A stretch of 64,000 nucleotides of DNA from Balanoglossus misakiensis (Eukaryota > Animalia > Hemichordata), in NCBI GenBank assembly GCA_040954595.2, contig CM082595.2, forward strand, positions 6,686,193 through 6,750,192, in the 5' to 3' direction. The notes beneath the pieces were generated by a model. The model searched no databases. It had not been told where the DNA came from and saw nothing but the letters and a program-made list of their open reading frames with translations. Positions 60,938 through 64,000 of the stretch are shown piece by piece. Each line of letters starts with the position of its first letter. Position 1 is the first letter of the stretch. The translations under genes were made by a program, and so were the position numbers.

Positions 60938-63210
60938 TTAAATCATGGCGAAATCTCATACAAGAATTTTCGATAAGTGATAAGCTTCATTACACGACCC
61001 TCGCACGTGTACGCAAATTAGGATAATAATCATGATTGCAAAGGAAGTTTCTTTTAAATTTCAAATTAAAAAAATGTCATCCTTTGGATTAGAAAACTGA
61101 AAAGCAAGCTGTGTTAGATTTACAGATACTTGAGAAAATAAAGTTATTGTGAACTACCCAATTTAATTTTTAATTTTAGTTAAGATTCAAAAGTCCGAGA
61201 AAGTGTATAAATATGACTCTTTTTGTTGCCTTGCTCGTCTTTTCCCATTTAGAGGCAATTGAGTATCGGCCTAATACCTGTAACGTGCAAGACTGACTCT
61301 ACTCACAATGGGACAATGGAAATCGCACCTATTATAATACTGTATTCCAATTTCCGCGGTAACGGGTTCGGTCACTCGCTTGAGCAATCTCCGTTGCAAC
61401 GCGGCTAGCTATAACGAAGTATAAATTGGGTACAGGTCAGTGGTGCATTCAGGCATTTGAGGTTAGGGGACCTTACAGTAATTACGAGGGTTGGGGCTTG
61501 CACATCATGCACATAGACCAGATGAATACATGATACACTTTGTTCAGTCACATGAAATCCCCCCCTGTACATCCGTTTTAGAACGAGACCTTATGTTCAG
61601 ATTTACCCCACCCTAAAAGTGCGCCTACGGTGGTTCATTATATTGTAAACTAAGGATAGATTTAATGAGATTATGTCAAATTTTGCGAATATTTAAAAAA
61701 CATCATAGCTGCAGCTCAGTGAAGGTGATTTGGACATGATAGTTCGTGCAAAGATCACAATTAAGTTAGGAAAATGTGACTAGAGCAATCGCCTGCAGTT
61801 TTCCATTGTTACAATTAAGGGCTTTAATTTGACGCAAGTTTCCGCCTTCTAAATTGAGACGGGTTTTTCTCAAATTAGTGAGCTTGAATTTTACATCGGC
61901 TGATTCAAGGTACAATTTTGTCGCGTGATCTATTAAACGTAGAAAGTAAACCTGGTCTGCTGAACTAAAAAGTCTTATAAATAGATTGATGGCTAGATGG
62001 AAGTTTACACTAACGTACATCTATCTATCTGTCTGTCTGTCTGTCTGTCTGTATGTCTGTCTATCTGTCTATCTGTGATAGATAATTTCCTACACAGGTG
62101 ACTGAATACAATCATTCATCTGTATAATACACATGAAATTGCCAATCTATCCATAGTTTTTTTCCATTAGTGACTGATGTCCATTTCTCTTTGTGAATAC
62201 CTTTTAGAATTTATTTTATCATCACCTGCTTGTGCAGTAAACAGACTCATTAACTCCAGGGTGACCACCTGTGATACTCGATAATGGCAGCTCTGATAAC
62301 CGTCTCTTTAGAGCCACTCTCGGCTATTTAACAGTAGCGCTTTTTGAGGAAGCGAACCGGCAGTGTCGCGTTGAAAGCAGACGTCAAAAGCGTTCAAGAT
62401 GACGATCACGTGGTGCGGCCGTGACAAGTCATGTAAATATTGGTGACTTGCGTCTGAAAAGGACAAATGCGGCAAACGACTTGCAGTTAAGACAAATATA
62501 TACGAACAGCTTTTAAGAACTTGATCGGCGCAGGAAAGAGGAGAAATCCCCACGGAAAATCAGGGCCTTTGAATGTCATTTAGACTGACAGAAATAGGTT
62601 ACTTTTCATCGTGTGCTGGGCTGGGGTATTTCGTTTCGAGTTAGCGTGCTGCGCTCGTACGCCTCGGCTTTGATTGGAAATCGGAGCGTGTCTTCGGATA
62701 ATCACAGGTCGGCATTGCCAACACGCTCTGACACAGCGGCCTTTAATACTCACGGATTCTCTCCCCGACACTCTAATTCCTGTTTACCGAAGACTGTCAT
62801 TCCGGAATCGATTAAATTACAGCGGTTTAACAGCCTGCGCTGGCAATTTACTTCCCGGTCTTGGGGGCATGGCGGATATTAAGTATACAGTATATATTTG
62901 AGCTGCGGGGAGACACCGTGTCAGGACTCCCGTGTAGTCTGTTTCAGCGCGAAGGGGGGGGGGGGGAACATCGAGAATGCTCCCCGCTGTCAACTCATCG
63001 AATTGAGGTTGACACGAAGCGTAAAATTATACTTATTCGTATTTGTGTACAATGATTCCTAATATTTTTCGTGTTGATCAGGTGTGGACTAGACGCGTTT
63101 CGCGCCAGTGCACGCGTATTTACGGTTTACTGCGCGCGGATTTGTGTGTAAATTACTAACAGATAATAACTGATGAACAATCAGCGACAGGTCTGTATCG
63201 CGCAATCGAA

Positions 63211-63585
63211 TAGTCTGGTTCCCTGCCCCAATCCCACCGCTGGCTGCGCTACGCTAAAGGGAAAGGGGTCAGGTACGGCCCGATTTCACACCCAGAAACC
63301 TGGGTGTGAAACAAGATGGATGCCTCCAATGTCCGTATGCCAGTCAAGATTCATCCAGGCAGTTTATTTTGTTTCGTTTGTTGTAAAGTTGGAAATCGAA
63401 TGATAAACATTCATGGAGGTGAAGGAGAGAACGGGAAATGAGTATCTTACAACAACTTATCAATTTAACAACTTAATTTTCGTATGTATTGACCAATGAG
63501 AGCCATGTTTACAATAGGCCGTGCCTGACCCTTTCCCTTTAGCGTAGCGCAGCCAGCGGTGGGATTGGGGCAGGGAACCAGACTA
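63211..63585. mobile_element. 375-bp non-autonomous DNA transposon, TAG...CTA termini, ~65-bp TIRs, 9-bp target-site duplication (Academ- or Mutator-like)
   Basis: TAGTCTGGTTCCCTGCCCCAATCCCACCGCTGGCTGCGCTACGCTAAAGGGAAAGG pairs with the right end. GCAATCGAA at 63202-63210 and 63586-63594. Confidence 0.9.
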
Positions 63586-64000
63586 GCAATCGAACAGTAG
63601 ACAATCGACGACAGACATTACGTAAACAATTAACATATAGGAAATGGTGCTTCTATAATTAATATTCATACAAGCTTATAACCGTTATATTCACGCGTAG
63701 ACCCACATGGACTCAAATGTAATGGCCTTTTTTGATGCACGAGAGACGAGATAAGCATTTATTTTTAATGATCTTTTGGTTGTCGGCCGCCATGCAATGA
63801 TCAGGATACACGATCTCTACAAAGGCGACTTTACATTTACCGAATAAATAACCCCGCAGACAAGCCGACAGTGGCGGGGAGAGAGAAAAAAAATAGAGAT
63901 CGCCGATTAAACGGACAAATGAGTTTGTTCGTCAATTTTAGTCAACCACTCGCCGTGAATTCCAAATGTTGCACGATCGTACACATTTCCTGAGTCGAAG

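Noticed and set aside
1-64000. Prokaryotic-type systems (CRISPR array, operons, rRNA/tRNA genes)
   Set aside because: The sequence is intron-containing eukaryotic DNA. No repeat-spacer array or recognisable structural RNA gene was seen.

Overview
Eukaryotic (metazoan, probably marine invertebrate; taxon not determinable from sequence alone) genomic DNA with GT-AG spliced genes. From 1-7 kb it holds the last 15 exons of a neprilysin-like M13 zinc metallopeptidase (+). From 9.9-16.4 kb there is a tandem pair of ASMT/HIOMT-like class II O-methyltransferases (+), showing patchwork gene conversion. From 18.8-38.6 kb there is a tandem array of three intact PARP12/ZAP-like genes (-; CCCH zinc fingers, WWE, PARP catalytic domain with H-Y-I triad). 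These three share one five-coding-exon scaffold but carry very different N-terminal modules: an RGG/polyQ region (A), a doubled zinc-finger array plus acidic and basic tracts (B), and a minimal form (C). The last ~25 kb has no long ORF and contains non-autonomous DNA transposons, a solo LTR, regulatory-looking motifs and possible first exons of a large + strand gene. The most interesting signal is the modular, probably antiviral PARP12/ZAP paralog cluster with nearby IRF-type motifs. Exon models were read by hand. Every gene model splices to an open frame whose length is a multiple of 3.
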